A stretch of DNA of 64,000 nucleotides from Lepidodermella squamata (taxonomy: Eukaryota > Animalia > Gastrotricha): NCBI GenBank assembly GCA_047495785.1, contig JBLDXI010000017.1, positions 3,348,001-3,412,000 on the forward strand. Reading direction: 5' to 3'. Below are positions 43,451 through 57,949 of the stretch, in pieces. How positions within the stretch are numbered: position 1 is the first letter of the stretch; every line of letters begins with the position of its first letter. Made by a program: the position numbers and the translations under genes. Below the pieces are notes generated by a model, which was given only the letters and a program-made list of their open reading frames with translations, did no database searches and was not told where the DNA came from.

Positions 43451-46089
43451 ATGAATTACCCGCCGCCGTTTGGCCAACCGGGCGGTATGCCACCTCGTGG
43501 AATGCCGCCACCTGGCCAGTACGGGCAATTCCCTCCTGGGCCTGGCATGTCTTTTCCACCGCAATATGGAGGACCGCCTGGCATGGTAAGTTTCCGCTTT
43601 ACTGCGTCAATTTTCAACTTCGAATTCACGCTTTATTAGGCGCCCAGACCGTATCAACAACAACCGCCAGGTATGTTTGGCTCCCGACCGCCACCTCCTG
43701 CAGCTGCTATTCACATGGCAGGCGCTCCTACTATTCACAAGGCACCGACGGTACTGAAGCACGTAAGTCGTACTAAAAAATCCCAACTCATTCATCTTTG
43801 ATAGCCACAAAATATTGTTGAAGGCCCCAGAGAAACAGCCGACCACAATTTACGTTGGTAACATCACAGATCGGTATCCGGATTTCACAGTCGCCGAGAT
43901 TTTGTCCGCATGTGGCGCCATGTTAGCATGGAAACGAGTTAAAGGTCACGATTTCAAGCTACAAGGCTTTGGATTCTGTGAATGTAAGGCGAAAACTGTA
44001 TATGATGAATTTATTAATTTTTCGGTAACTTTTTCAGTTGAATATCCAGAGGGTGCAGCTCGCGCATCCCGTCTGCTAAACGATCTTCTACTTGGTGAGG
44101 ATAAAAAGCTGGTGATAAAGATCGACCCGAAAACGCAAGAACGTGTCGATGAGTGGATGAAGAAGAAGCTAGTAATGGCCGGGCGACGGCCAGATGAGCT
44201 GAATAGTGGCAATTTCGATAAATTTCTCGACGAAAAAACCCTAGCCGAAGATCGGGTCGCTCGCGAAAAAATTGCTGACATTATCGAAAAAGCTAATGTA
44301 GCCGCTGATGAAGCAGGTTAGTCGCTAGCTCCATATTACATGTTATCCTTTCGTCCTTTCGTCCAGTCGATCATGCTTTTTTTTATGAATTCAAACAGAT
44401 GCAATCAAGCCGACAATGACAGCAGAACTGCCGAAAAAGCTCAAGCAACCTGACGAGGATGAGCGTCGTCACGTGATCAAACGGGAAATCAAACATTTTC
44501 GGGTAAGACTTGAGCCATTTTGATCAGCTGTTTTCTACATTAACTTCGTTTTCAGTCAGATGATAAGCCTTCGAAGAGTAAATCCAGCAGCGATGCAACT
44601 GGCGGCGCATCAGCGTCATCGCCGCGATCAAAGCGTTCAAGGTCGCGATCTCCTTCCCGTCAACGAGAAGAACAAGCGGGTGATCCTCAAAACGCCGCTG
44701 CCCAGGCAGCTGCTGGGGCAGCAGTAGAGCAGCCTCCTGTTGATGAGGAAGAACTTGCCGAACGCCAGCGAGCAGAACGCAAAGCTCGGGAACGAGCAGA
44801 ACGCTACGCCGACCGTCTGAAAACTTGGGAATCGCGAGAACGTGACAAGGCACGGACTTACGCTCGAAACCGCGAGAGAGAATCCGACATCAAACGAAAA
44901 CAGGAAAGTGACGCCCGGAAGCTCAAGGAATTTCTTGAGGACTACGACGATTTGCGGGATGATCCCAAGTATTATCGCGGCTCCGCTCTGGCTCAGCGTT
45001 TGAAGGAACGCGAGCGTGAAATCGAGTCCGACTCGCGCGATAGAAAGCGAGAGAAGGAAGAGATGGAGGATGTTAGGCGGAAGCTTCGTGAGCAGGGCTG
45101 TCGCAATTTGGATGAAGAGATGGAGAAGCTTGAGCGTGCAACTACCGAGCATTTGTTGCCACGTTTAAGAGACGAAAATTCGCCTCGCCATGAGCCGACT
45201 AAGCTTGTCGGCGGTGGATCTCCTCATTCCGACTCAACGCCGTCTCTTGACCATCACATCCAATTGCTTTCATCGCAGTTGAATTCGGGCAATGGCGGGG
45301 AAGGTGAGTCGACCGCTGATGAGAAGTCGATGGACGCGGGTGGACCTGGTGGCCGGCAGTTCGTGCCTGCTCGCTTCGAAACCATCGGTGATGCTCAAGG
45401 TTCGCCGTCTGGTGATGGAGCTCGGAAACGCGGAACCAGCGAGGCTAACGCTGAAGACGAGCGAAATGAGACTGACGCGGCGACTTTATCGCTCAAGTTG
45501 TCGCTGAACAAGGCCAAACGGTTAGCCACAGCGATCGCCGATGTTGCTGATTCAGCGCCGAACTCTGGAGGAATGAGCAGATTAGGGCCGTTAGGCGACG
45601 ATGGTGCCTCAAGCTCTACCGGTGGCTTTATGTCGGAGGAGAGCAAAAAGGAGCGCATTCAACAGCTTATTCAAAGGTAATCTCCAAAGGAAAATTTGTA
45701 ATCCTATTAATTTTTTCGTTTTCTCAAAGCATTCCGTCGGCCAAAACCGATCTGTTCGCCTATCAATTAGATTGGGGTGTCGTGGATAAGTTGCTGATTG
45801 AGAAACGTGTTCGTCCGTGGATCAACAAGAAAATCGTCGAGTATATTGGCGAGAAGGAGGACACTCTCAGTGAATTTCTCTGTCAGAAAGTCTTGGCCAG
45901 AACAGCACCGGAAAAAATTCTCGAGGACATTGGTGTAATCTTTGACGAGGACGCAGAATTATTCGTTGTCAAATTGTGGCGGCTTTTGGTGTACGAGACT
46001 GAGGTAATCATATTAACGTAATTTAATCCCATCTTAATATTATCATGTTTTTTTCTCAGGCGAGGAAGCTCAAAATCAACCAGCTGTAG
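43451..46089 (+). CDS. RBM25: RNA-binding protein 25 (RRM, RE/RD-rich region, PWI)
   Basis: Pro-rich N-terminus, TTIYVGNITD...WKRVKG..KLQGFGFCEF, LKEFLEDYDDLRDDPKYYRGSAL, PWI domain RVRPWINKKIVEYIGE...FVVKLWRLLVYETEA. AATAAA at ~46299. Confidence 0.95.
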
Positions 46090-46619
46090 CTGTAGCAACT
46101 CGTCTTGTTCTTTGTTTCAAGGAGAGATGCCTTCGTTTGAATTGAATGTCTCTTATCTCGCTCTGCTCATTAAGTATATCTATATTGAAATAATATGCGT
46201 CGAGGGTGACCACGGCGCCATCACAAGATGAGTTACCAGATGATTCAGACGTTTTTGTTCTTCGATTCTTTATGCTGTTTTATAATGATGATGATGCGAA
46301 TAAATCGTGTACATTTGACACAGCTATCGATTTGGTTCTCTAGTGATTTAGTTGATTCGCTCTCCGCGGAACATTTTTGCAGCTAAATAATCAAGTAATT
46401 CAATATCATTTTGAGGCCGCATGTTATTTTCACAGTTCAACAAGCGGCTGACGCGCGAAACCCATCGACGCGTCCGACCGACGCACAAAAATTGATTGCA
46501 CTAAAATATCCGCTCCAGGAAGATTTTTGCAAGTAAAATTGTACATAGCAATAAATAACGCAAAATATTCGGTACCACATTTATTTTATGCGCAAATTGA
46601 GGCACTCATTAAATTGCAG

Positions 46620-47400
46620 TTACTTTTTGGTGGCCGCTTTCTTTGTGTGTTGCAAATCATATCGACCTATGCGGAGAAAAAGGGTGAGATCTGAAATGAT
46701 CATAAATAAATTATTGCAGTACCTCTGCATGCCTTGAGCTTCACGCCAGGTAAGTCCTGAGAACGACCTCCTCGAACGAGGACCAAATTGTGTTCTTGTA
46801 AATTGTGGCCGACGCCGGTTACTTTCGCGATAACTTCTTTGCCGTTTGTCAAGCGCAAGCGTAAGCACTTTCGATTAGCTGAATTGGGCTTCTTCGGCTT
46901 TCGAATGAGAGTTTTTAGCACGACTCCTTTCGCAAATGGCTTGCCATCGAGCAATTTGTTTTTCTTCCTGCGACACAAATGGGGACCCTGAAAACAGCTG
47001 AGGATGACCAATAATTGTTGAAAATAAATAAATGCAAGACCTTTGTATTTAACCGCTGAAAAATGCGCTCGTGATGCTCGAAAACTTCGTCCTCAGACGA
47101 AATCGTCTGATAGAAAAACGGCTGATACAAGTCAAGACTGTCAACTTTGTACTGAGCAGGGCGAAATCTAGGCTCGCCGTTCTTGGCGTTGTGATTGACC
47201 AGAGCAGGGGAAACCAATTTGACAGGAGTGACCATTGGCTTTGAAGGTTTGTGTGGAAACTGCTGGACTACAGACGTCAGGCTGAAGGGTCTCGCACTAA
47301 TGCTCATAACGGCACTTCTCAAATCAGGAGTCGCGCTATTGAAAAATGGAACCATATGCTCGCCTGCTTGCAGTAAGCGGCTGGCGAAAGAGCGGAACAT
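46620..47400 (-). CDS. MRPS12: Mitochondrial ribosomal protein uS12m
   Basis: [63 protein letters not shown], presequence-like [10 protein letters not shown]. Three exons; the first is 47400-47041. Confidence 0.95.
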
Positions 47401-48503
47401 TGTAATTTTTCGAAACTATTAGAAGTATTCTAAATATAATATTGTTTACGTAAAATCAGCAAGCCTTTGATTGAGTTAAAAACACGAGTATCGTATTTAG
47501 TTGCGCTGTTGGATGAACTATCAAAATTATGCAAAGCGAGCTAAGCCGGGCGGTGTTTAACCACGCGATTCGATAGCGTTAATGCAATAACATTTATGAC
47601 TCGAAGCGGGATGCGGCGGCGACGAGCAACCAATCGATAATAGAAATGGCTCCAGAGCAAGAAAACCCTCACTACTTGAGAAATTGAAACCCTATAAACA
47701 AGAAAATAAGAAGCGATTATCATTTGAGTTTTATTTTACGCTATTCATTCCCAAGAAAGGTATATATTTCCGCAGATGTAAATAATTGTTTACAATGCTC
47801 GTAGAACAATATATAAATATGAAATGCGTAGCATGATCTATACATATCAGTGGAAGCTTCGGACCGTCCTTTTCCGCAACAAGATCTTTGGAAATTCCTA
47901 TACAAGCGTGGTAATAAATTATCAAAAATCGCCGAGTTATGTTTGCTGCAGGTATAAACACAAAGATCAAATAAGGCACATTTCGTTGCAACGTTTGCAT
48001 CATGAGTAAAATGTTGTAACAAAACAGTATTCAATGCACATGACCGATCGAAGATTATACGATTGGTAATAACAATAATTTAATTATCATATAAACAAAT
48101 GCACATTATTGCAATTCCATCTCATAGAATCGGAATAGAAGACGATCGTAAAATGAAGATTTTTCAGTTTATAAACGCTAAAAAATTATCGCCTAGCCTA
48201 GGTAAACATAACAAATATTTTGGCAAGTTAATTGTGAATCCGCGCCCAGATAAATCCCAGCAACAGTTTCTTAAAGTTATTTAAAGTTCCATTTCACGGC
48301 GAACGTATGCGTGTAATCCTCAGGCCTGAGGCAACAGGTAAAGCATGCGATATCTATGGTAATTCGCTCGGAGGCATCGTGAAAAAACAGTAGGCAAATG
48401 ACGACATTATATCAACAAGACTCGGAACCGAAAAACTTATAAATTAGTTGAATATAAAGCTCGTTCGACTTTGTCGGATTAATTAAATGCATATTATTGC
48501 AGG

Positions 48504-49954
48504 CTATCGCAGTTGAGAAATTTCATTGCGCAATGCTTCGATTAGCTCGATTTTAAAAGCATCCAGTTGTCGCTTAACATCCAATAAAATGTCGGCTTTG
48601 AATTCTTCCAGCATTTCTTTTGAAATTGACGCAGCTTGGTGGTTTCCCGCCGGCTTTCCATTGTACTGCTTTGAAACAGTAATTGGTGAATCACTCCGCA
48701 GCGCCGGTGATCGAGAAGCAGCCGCAACGTTCGCGGGTTTATTTGTTCGTTCTGTGGAGCCTGCATTCGTCGAATTGGCTGAATGCAAAGGAGCCGATGT
48801 GGCATTTTCGTTACCATCCAGAGAACCACTGCCGCCACCGCCTTCAACTCGCATGCGACGCTTTGCTAATTGCTTGCTCATTTCACTCATAAAATCTCCA
48901 GGCGGGAAACGGCTTCCACTGCCACTACTTGAGTTCGAAGTTGATGGGGTTGGCTTTGCGACAGCTGTTTCGTTACTTGTGCTACGAACAGCATGATTTG
49001 ATGGCGGTGGGGGAGGAGGCGGCCTAATGTAAAAAATAGTTAAAATCAAGTTTCAAAGAGACGATCACTGTAAAGTTAAATCTCCACGTCAATATATCAA
49101 CATGAATTAAATTTTATAACTAGTAAAACTCACGGTGGTGGTGGGGGCGGAGGAGGGGCGGGACAACTTCTCGATTCAATATTCGAGTTCGCAGGTGGTG
49201 GAGGAGGTGGTGGTGGAGGCGGCGGTGGCGCAGGAGCAACTGCATTCGTCTGGGCTGGCTGTGTGTAGTGGGGTACATCGGTAACGTTGAATGATGAATA
49301 TTCATTGCCGTTGTTGTAACTCGAATCACCGGCGAGAGAAGACGCATAAGAAGAATTACCGCCAGTATGACCATTCGATTGGGATTCAGCATCGGTAACC
49401 GGATGATCGCTCACAGGAGCTGCAGAATGAGAGTGTGTATTTAACGAAGAGTTGGAATGATGTGATGCCGTAGAAGGGCGACGCGCGGATAAAATTTCAG
49501 CCGGCTTGTTGTTCAGCTGCTGCGACTGATGTTCGTACTCGACGGCAGACGCTTTTATTGAGTTATTTGAAACAGTTGGCATAACTTGCTGTGAGTACAT
49601 CTCGATCGAAGAAAAAACTTTCTGCTTGAAAGCCTCGGCTTCATCTGGGGACTGAAAACTTGCACCATATACACATTTAGCATCTCTCCATTGATGAAAG
49701 GTAGGAGTGGCTAAGTTATACTTCAGTGACCGGTGAATCTGACAGTTAAGTAGTAGCTCATTGTCAGAAAGCCGAATAGCTACAATACGGAAAACAATAT
49801 TATCCTGCTGAGTAGCGATGACTGTCAATCGCGATGGCCCAGGAATTCCGCCCACTGGCAGCCATCGCTTGCTGGATTCATCGTAAACCATCACATTGGC
49901 TCTCACCGATACAAGTTCTTTTGAGGAGTACATCTCCCTTTCGATGAAAGGCAT
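48504..49954 (-). CDS. ena: Ena/VASP family actin regulator
   Basis: EVH1 domain (RANVMVYDESSKRWLP...YNLATPTFHQWRD...YGASF), polyproline, FAB motif FMSEMSKQLAKRR, tetramerisation coil LEEFKADILLDVKRQL. Intron 49024-49133. Confidence 0.92.
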
Positions 49955-50974
49955 TCATAACACCTATAAAAACGGAAAGAAACGATTCAAGTAATAAGTT
50001 GTTACTGTGTGGTTGTCTCTCGTTTCGTAGATCAAAAAAATGAGCAAAATAATAGCAAATATCAATTATTTTTCAATAGAGATTGAATACTTCAGTTATC
50101 AGTGATTAATCGAAAAGGAACTTTTGAGTCCTGCAGTATGATTCAGCCGCTTTCATGGAGGCATCGCGAGAGCATATGTAATTCAAAAACTGCTTTATCT
50201 CTATCATCAACCTCGCCCTATATTTAATTTTAGAAATTGATTGTAATATGGATATACGAAGTTAATAAAGAATATTTTAGCGATAAAAATCATAACAGAA
50301 ATTAATTTTCTGCCGTTGACCTTGACCAAGTTTCTGCTTGACAACTTTTTCAACCATCTCTTGTGGTTGCGCGCGCGATGCGTTGTCCGCTTGCGCAAGA
50401 GACACGTTGCATCGCACGTGCACATAAACTAAACTAAGCCACGCTCATACACGTTACACGTGCGAACCTGATACCTGATTCATGATCAAGTTCTAGCGTA
50501 ATGCCTACAAAAAATAATACCTGATTTGCCAACAATCCCCTCAGAACAGATCAGATTAGATGCAGGACAGAAAAGTCTGGTCCCTTTTCCTTTTTCCCAA
50601 CGCCGCGATTCGCATGTCTCTAGTTGTGAATTTGATTCAGTTTTACCACAGATTCACCATGAAAAATAATCCGCTGTACGATAACAGTTATCGCGACAGC
50701 TCTGCATGACGGAGCGACTGACGACGATATGTTTCGCGTTTTGCTGGATCGTAAGTCGTAAGCTTCTACTATCCTGTGCTTACAAATTGCGAAATTATTG
50801 TGCGCTATGTTCAATGAGACCCTGCATAATGCGATATTATTGTTTGATTCCTTGTTAGCGCTACTTATGCGCGCTTTGCTTATGATGGCAGGGATAAATT
50901 TCTTCGCGATTCCATTAATTACTACTGAATACCACCCTGCTTAATCTCGCTGATGATGACGTGTAAAAATCAAT

Positions 50975-50993
50975 TATATATATATATATATAT
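50975..50993. repeat. (TA)n microsatellite
   Basis: Read directly; lies within a probable 5' UTR intron of cornichon. Confidence 0.85.
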
Positions 50994-51036
50994 CTGCACT
51001 CCTTATTATGATTTAGGTGTTAAACATAAATAACTA

Positions 51037-51749
51037 ATGGCATTCAGTTTCCTGGCGTTTTGTTACATTCTCGCTCTGATCGCATCCGTAATTTTGGTGT
51101 TTTTCGCAATCTACCATGTAATGATGAGCTATATGCTTGCTAAATAATTGTTAATTCGAGCGAATGTGTTACAGATTATCAGTTTCGATGAGCTGAAGAC
51201 TGACCATAGAAATCCTGTAAGTTGGGCTTTGAAATCCACTACTCTTACCTTAGTTTTGCTTATTTTTCTTCTTCAGATCGAGCAATGCAATAATCTGAAC
51301 CCGGTTGGTTAATTTTATTACTTTATTTGAGTATAATACATTTGAAAATTGCAGCTTGTCCTTCCAGAATACTGCATCCACGGGTTTCTCGTTTTTCTGT
51401 TTGTAATTAATTTTCAATGGGGATCCGTGCTATTCAACGCGCCTCTATTGGCTTATAACATTAATCGGTGAGCTTACAATTTTACTATGATGGGGAATAT
51501 AATACAAAAACCGGGCATTCAGCTATCTCAAGCGACCTGTGCTGACCCGACCAGGCTTGTACGACCCGACAACGATCATGAATTCTCGTGAATTATCTCG
51601 AGCAATGAAGGAAGGATGGGCGAAAATGGGCTTTTATCTCATTTCGTTCTTTTACTATCTATATTGGTAACGTTTAATGCCTCACATTTTTTAATTTATT
51701 TAACTGTGGTTTTACTTGCAGTATGATTTATGTCCTGGTTTCCTCTTGA
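51037..51749 (+). CDS. cni: Cornichon (six short exons; absent from the ORF track)
   Basis: Manual join: MAFSFLAFCYILALIASVILVFFAIYH|IISFDELKTDHRNP|IEQCNNLNP|LVLPEY...|YLKRPV..PGLYDPTTIMN...KEGWAKMGFYLISFFYYLY|CMIYVLVSS*. Confidence 0.95.
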
Positions 51750-52089
51750 ACGAACGATTTCCGACGAAAAATATCGATTTTCCTGTCCTAGTCTTGATTT
51801 CTTAATGACATTTTGTCGTGCCTGCTCGAAAAGAAAGATGAATGCTATGCCGTCGTTTTCAGTTGGTGTGATTGTCAAATGCTCATACCCACTGCTTTTA
51901 TTGTTAATTCATCAGTACTAACGATTGCTCCTGCTTTCTAAGGAAAGCTTAAATGATACGCTGCTAGTATTCACTGAGGCGTGATTTCCGTGACATAGGA
52001 TGTCAATCTTTTTTAGTGAAGTGAAAATTTTAACGTTTGACTTGATTATTTTTAGGGTTACTAGGAGATTGGATTCTTTGGTGAATACC

Positions 52090-53615
<1,526 letters not shown>

Positions 53616-55183
53616 AGCACCGCTGAATCAGCTCGCGAAGAAAGCTTATATTCCGTTCTAATGACATCTAATATACCTCTACTATTTAAATATCTCACTA
53701 TACTTGATGATTGGGGCCATTTTGTTGACACACTCATACGATTACAAACAGATGAACGTAGCCTAGAACGCTCGCATCAGTCGAGAAATTTTCTTGTTAT
53801 CGTTGCCTCGTTTTTATCGTCTGTTCTGAATTTGTGTTGTCGCGCATAATTCTTTTGCTATCTATCCATGTTTCTTTCCTGATCCTGTTTTTCTTGTTGT
53901 CTTTACATCTCCTATCGCTGCTGTTTTGTTGCGTTTCTTCTCGCTTATTCATTCCTCATCAACTCGCATAATACAACAGAACATACTTACACCTACGACT
54001 TTTAGGGATTTGGAATGAGCTCGTGAGTTTTTTTTGCGTTCGAGTTAATCTGGTTGGTATCTAGTTTTGTAATCTCAGAGTGCGGATTTCTTTTTGAATA
54101 GAGAGACATTTTTCCCTGGGGCTATTTCTAATAGATGGCTGTTACCACTGCCAGCTCTCGTTCCCACTTTATATCTGAATACAAGTAGACATGGAGTAAG
54201 GGAGTGAATTCGTGAAAGCCAACGTAGTTGTGCTCTCGTGTCTAGTCTGCCTGCATGTTCTCCGCAGCAGTTGGTAGACCTTCGCTGTGATCGCCTGCTG
54301 TATTTGTCCGGCCTTCCACTTTCGTCTGCAGGAAAGATAATTATTGTCGCGCTCGCAAGTCATCCTAGAATAGTTTACCTACTACTTCGACCTGTGCCTT
54401 GTCGTTAATTGTAATTTAAAGATGGGACCAAAGTCACTTTTATTTTAACAAGAAAGGTTGATGATACTAACTATATAATTACCGTATAACTATAATCCTT
54501 GTGTCACTTCTTTTGCGGTGTTCTTTCACGAGAGAAAAAAATCATTATATTGAGAAAGAGCTAACCGGCTTGATTGATTCTGCTATAAATTTCTTTTTTT
54601 CCTATGCTATATCTTTCTTGAGAAAGATTCAGTAATATTCAGAAGAAAGAAGTTTTTCACTTGAAGTCCCGATGAACGGAAATGGCTGCTCGCGAACACT
54701 GACCCGATACATTGTCGCTTGATGAAACTTGAGTGTAATAATGCATTATTGTTTTCTTTTGCGATTTCCGTTGAAATAAAAAAATTGATCCGTATTTTAA
54801 CACTGTTTCAATTTTATTCTTTCCAATAAATGTAATAATTTTTGATTGAAAAAGACTCTGTCAACATCGAAGCTGCTGCATGGCCATCAAATTCGACAAA
54901 CCCGCATAATTATTTCGATAGAAAACAAACAAAGGTAATAAATTATAAAGATCGATCACGAGAAAAATGGCTTGCTATGACACAATCAGACCAGCATTTT
55001 TTCCATCGAGGTGAAAAAACCCGCGTCTCGCGCGCGGCGCATAAAATAATGACGTAATGCGATTTTTTATGTGCGTAGACGAGTGTGCAGTAAAAAAAGC
55101 TAAGTGTGCAAACACTTGTGTGCAGAAATGCTATTGAATATTAACATCCGATAAAATTTATTCTGAAGATCTTGTCCCGATGA

Positions 55184-57568
55184 CTACAGCAAAGATTCAG
55201 CTATCGACTCCTCGTTGTGGGACATGCTGTTCGAATCCTCATGCCCAACCGAGCTTGTCGGGCTTGCTGACTTGCTTTCGTCATTGTGTTCGCCGTTGCT
55301 ATTCGAGCTGAATTTTTTCGAAGCTTCCACAGATTTCCGATGCATCCCCAGCAACCAAGGAGCAACGGCCTCATCGTTCTTGGTACGCAAACTCTCAGGC
55401 AGTGGCAGCGAATGGCGCACCATCGCGCCGTAGAGCCCATACTCTGCCATCACCGAAGATTTACCCCAGCTTTTGTTCGTTTTTCGCCACTTAGCGCGGC
55501 GATTCTGAAACCAAACCATTATCCTGTCCTCCGGCAGATTCGACTTGAATGCAAGCTCTTCTCGCGCCTGTTGGCACACAAATATATCACGAGTTATAGA
55601 CTTTTTATAATCAGTTTTAATGTTTCCTTCACCTGTACATCTGGGTAGTGAGACTTTTCGAAGCACTTTTCCAGTTCCTCGATTTGATATTGCGAAAAAG
55701 TCGTCCTGCGGTATTCATTAAATAATAATAATTACGATGGCTCATTAATAATTAAATCAATATATTATTCAAGTGGTTGCGGGTTTTCGTGTAAGTTTTC
55801 GTTATGGATAAAAAAACACACATCTCCGCTAGATTTGAAGGCCGCAGTAACAACGAAGAAAAACGGCAATTACGACAATCAAGCCTTATCGGCCGTTTGC
55901 GGCAATTTAGCAAACGCATCACTTGGCACCCGAGAAATAGACGACGAAAGAAAAATTACCTGTTCCTGCGATGCTTTTTCTTGCTTTGCTTGCCAGACGA
56001 TGAACTGTTGAGTGTGGCGCCGGCTCCTGCAGAGGAGACCGGTCTGTTACCAAGCTTGCTGGCTGTTGAAGGTTGGTGATGATTTTCGGCACCATTAAAT
56101 CGATGAAGGGACAGCAAGTCAGATGAAGAACCGTTTGCTAGGCCCATGATAGATTTATTGCTGTTTTTGCCATTCTGAATGGATCGCATCGCTCCAAAGC
56201 CACCTGAGCGGTTATTTTCAGACTTGATATGAAAAAAAATCATTTAAATTTGGCAGCAAAGTCAAGGTGAAAAAGTTACCGATGGTAATCCGCTTGCTAA
56301 TGACGATGAAGGAGCACCTTCACAATCGCGTTGAAAATAACCGTTTAACGGCGACGTCAATTGATGTTGTGTTTGATGATGAGGTTGCCGAAAATGTGAT
56401 GACAACTGCGCAAGGGATGACATGGGCGAGCTGGACATCGCCGCCGAGCGTTGAAGAGATGGCTGCTGTGGCGAGCCGAACAACAGGTTTTTACTTGTCG
56501 CCGAGTTCAACTCGAACTGAGCTGGAAAGAGAAACGCATGTGAAACTTTATGGCAGAAATAATGGACACTTACAATCGAAAAAGTTTCGGCAGTCAAAGA
56601 AGGACGACGGCTGATTGGCGGCGACCTGACCGGGCATAAGGTCGCAATAAGCTGCAGCCGCCGCTGCGGTCGGGTAGAAGTCGGAGGCGAATCGGCTGCT
56701 CAATAGGTGATGTTGCGATGTCGACGACAGTTGCTGCTGTTGTTGCTGTTGCTGTTGCTGTTGATCGTACAAGTTCTGATAGTGCTGCGCTGTGGACTCC
56801 AAGTTAGCGCTGCCTGAATCGATCGTTGTCTGGCGTTGCTGATCGGCACCGAACGACAGTAAATTGCGTCCCGTTGCTGAACCGAACTGAACTGCAGCGG
56901 ACAACAAATTTCGGATAAATCATTCGAAACCAAATGGAAAGCTTACCGAAATTATGCCATTGTTCCGAATTGATGCCCATGAAGTTGTTGAAGCTGGCGT
57001 AAGAGGACGGCTGTGCGGAGTGTCCCAGTGACGATCTATAGAGTTGTTGATAGCTGCTGGCAGCGCTTGACGATACAGCTGGTTGCTGGCCGAGCTGCGG
57101 GACAATCGAGCAGGGAGTTACACTGCCGCCGTTGCTGCCACCGGCGCTGTTGTTCGACGGCATTGGGGGCCACTCCGAGCCATTGAATAGCGATGATGGC
57201 AGCATAGCGGCAGGTGCGTCTCGGTCATGTGACTTGTTATAGTTCGTGAACAACGATGAAGACTTGACCGTCTAAAAAATAGTATGAATCGTGGTTATTC
57301 AAGCCAGGGTTGAATCGGCTATGTTATACCTCTGGCTGGCTGCATTGCAGCTTGCTGCCTGACTGTTTCGGGTCATCTTGGCCATTGCATGAAGCTGCTT
57401 GTTCGCCACCGGGCAGCTTCGAAGCGGATGTGATAACCTGCGGCAAAGTATTTGGCACACGCAGCCCGAAACCGAAGTCATCAGCAGCTCCATCGGTTGC
57501 AGACGGCGCCGATGGCGCGTAGTTTCCAGCAACGTTTGTCGTCGAGCTGAACAGGCCTTGCGGCTGAA

Positions 57569-57599
<31 letters not shown>

Positions 57600-57924
57600 T
57601 TGTTGTTGGGCAAGAATCTGATTTTCAACCGATTCTATATAGGAAAAATTAGAAATTAGTTTGGTTGTTTGGTCTCGTGTCTCACTTGCTCTTGAATGAT
57701 TCCTACTCTCATTCTCTAGTTATTGCTAGACGTAAAATGAGCAGAAAATTAAAGATATGCTCACCGTGAAGGAGGGTTTCAATTGCAAAGTTCGACAGCC
57801 GTTGATTCGGTATTGCTGAGGCACCGGCATTTGCAGGCTTGTTGGAGCCAGCCGAGTCGAACAATGTAGAGCTGATGCTGCTGACGATTTCTTGGATGTA
57901 GTGTTGACCAGACGCGGCTGCCAT
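55184..57924 (-). CDS. Vsx: Visual system homeobox (Vsx/Chx10/ceh-10) transcription factor
   Basis: eh1/octapeptide FAIETLL; paired-like Q50 homeodomain [57 protein letters not shown]; CVC domain [26 protein letters not shown]...[11 protein letters not shown]. About nine exons, including a 30-nt exon at 57686-57715. Confidence 0.96.
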
Positions 57925-57949
57925 CTGACCTGACAGCGCTGGCTAATCG

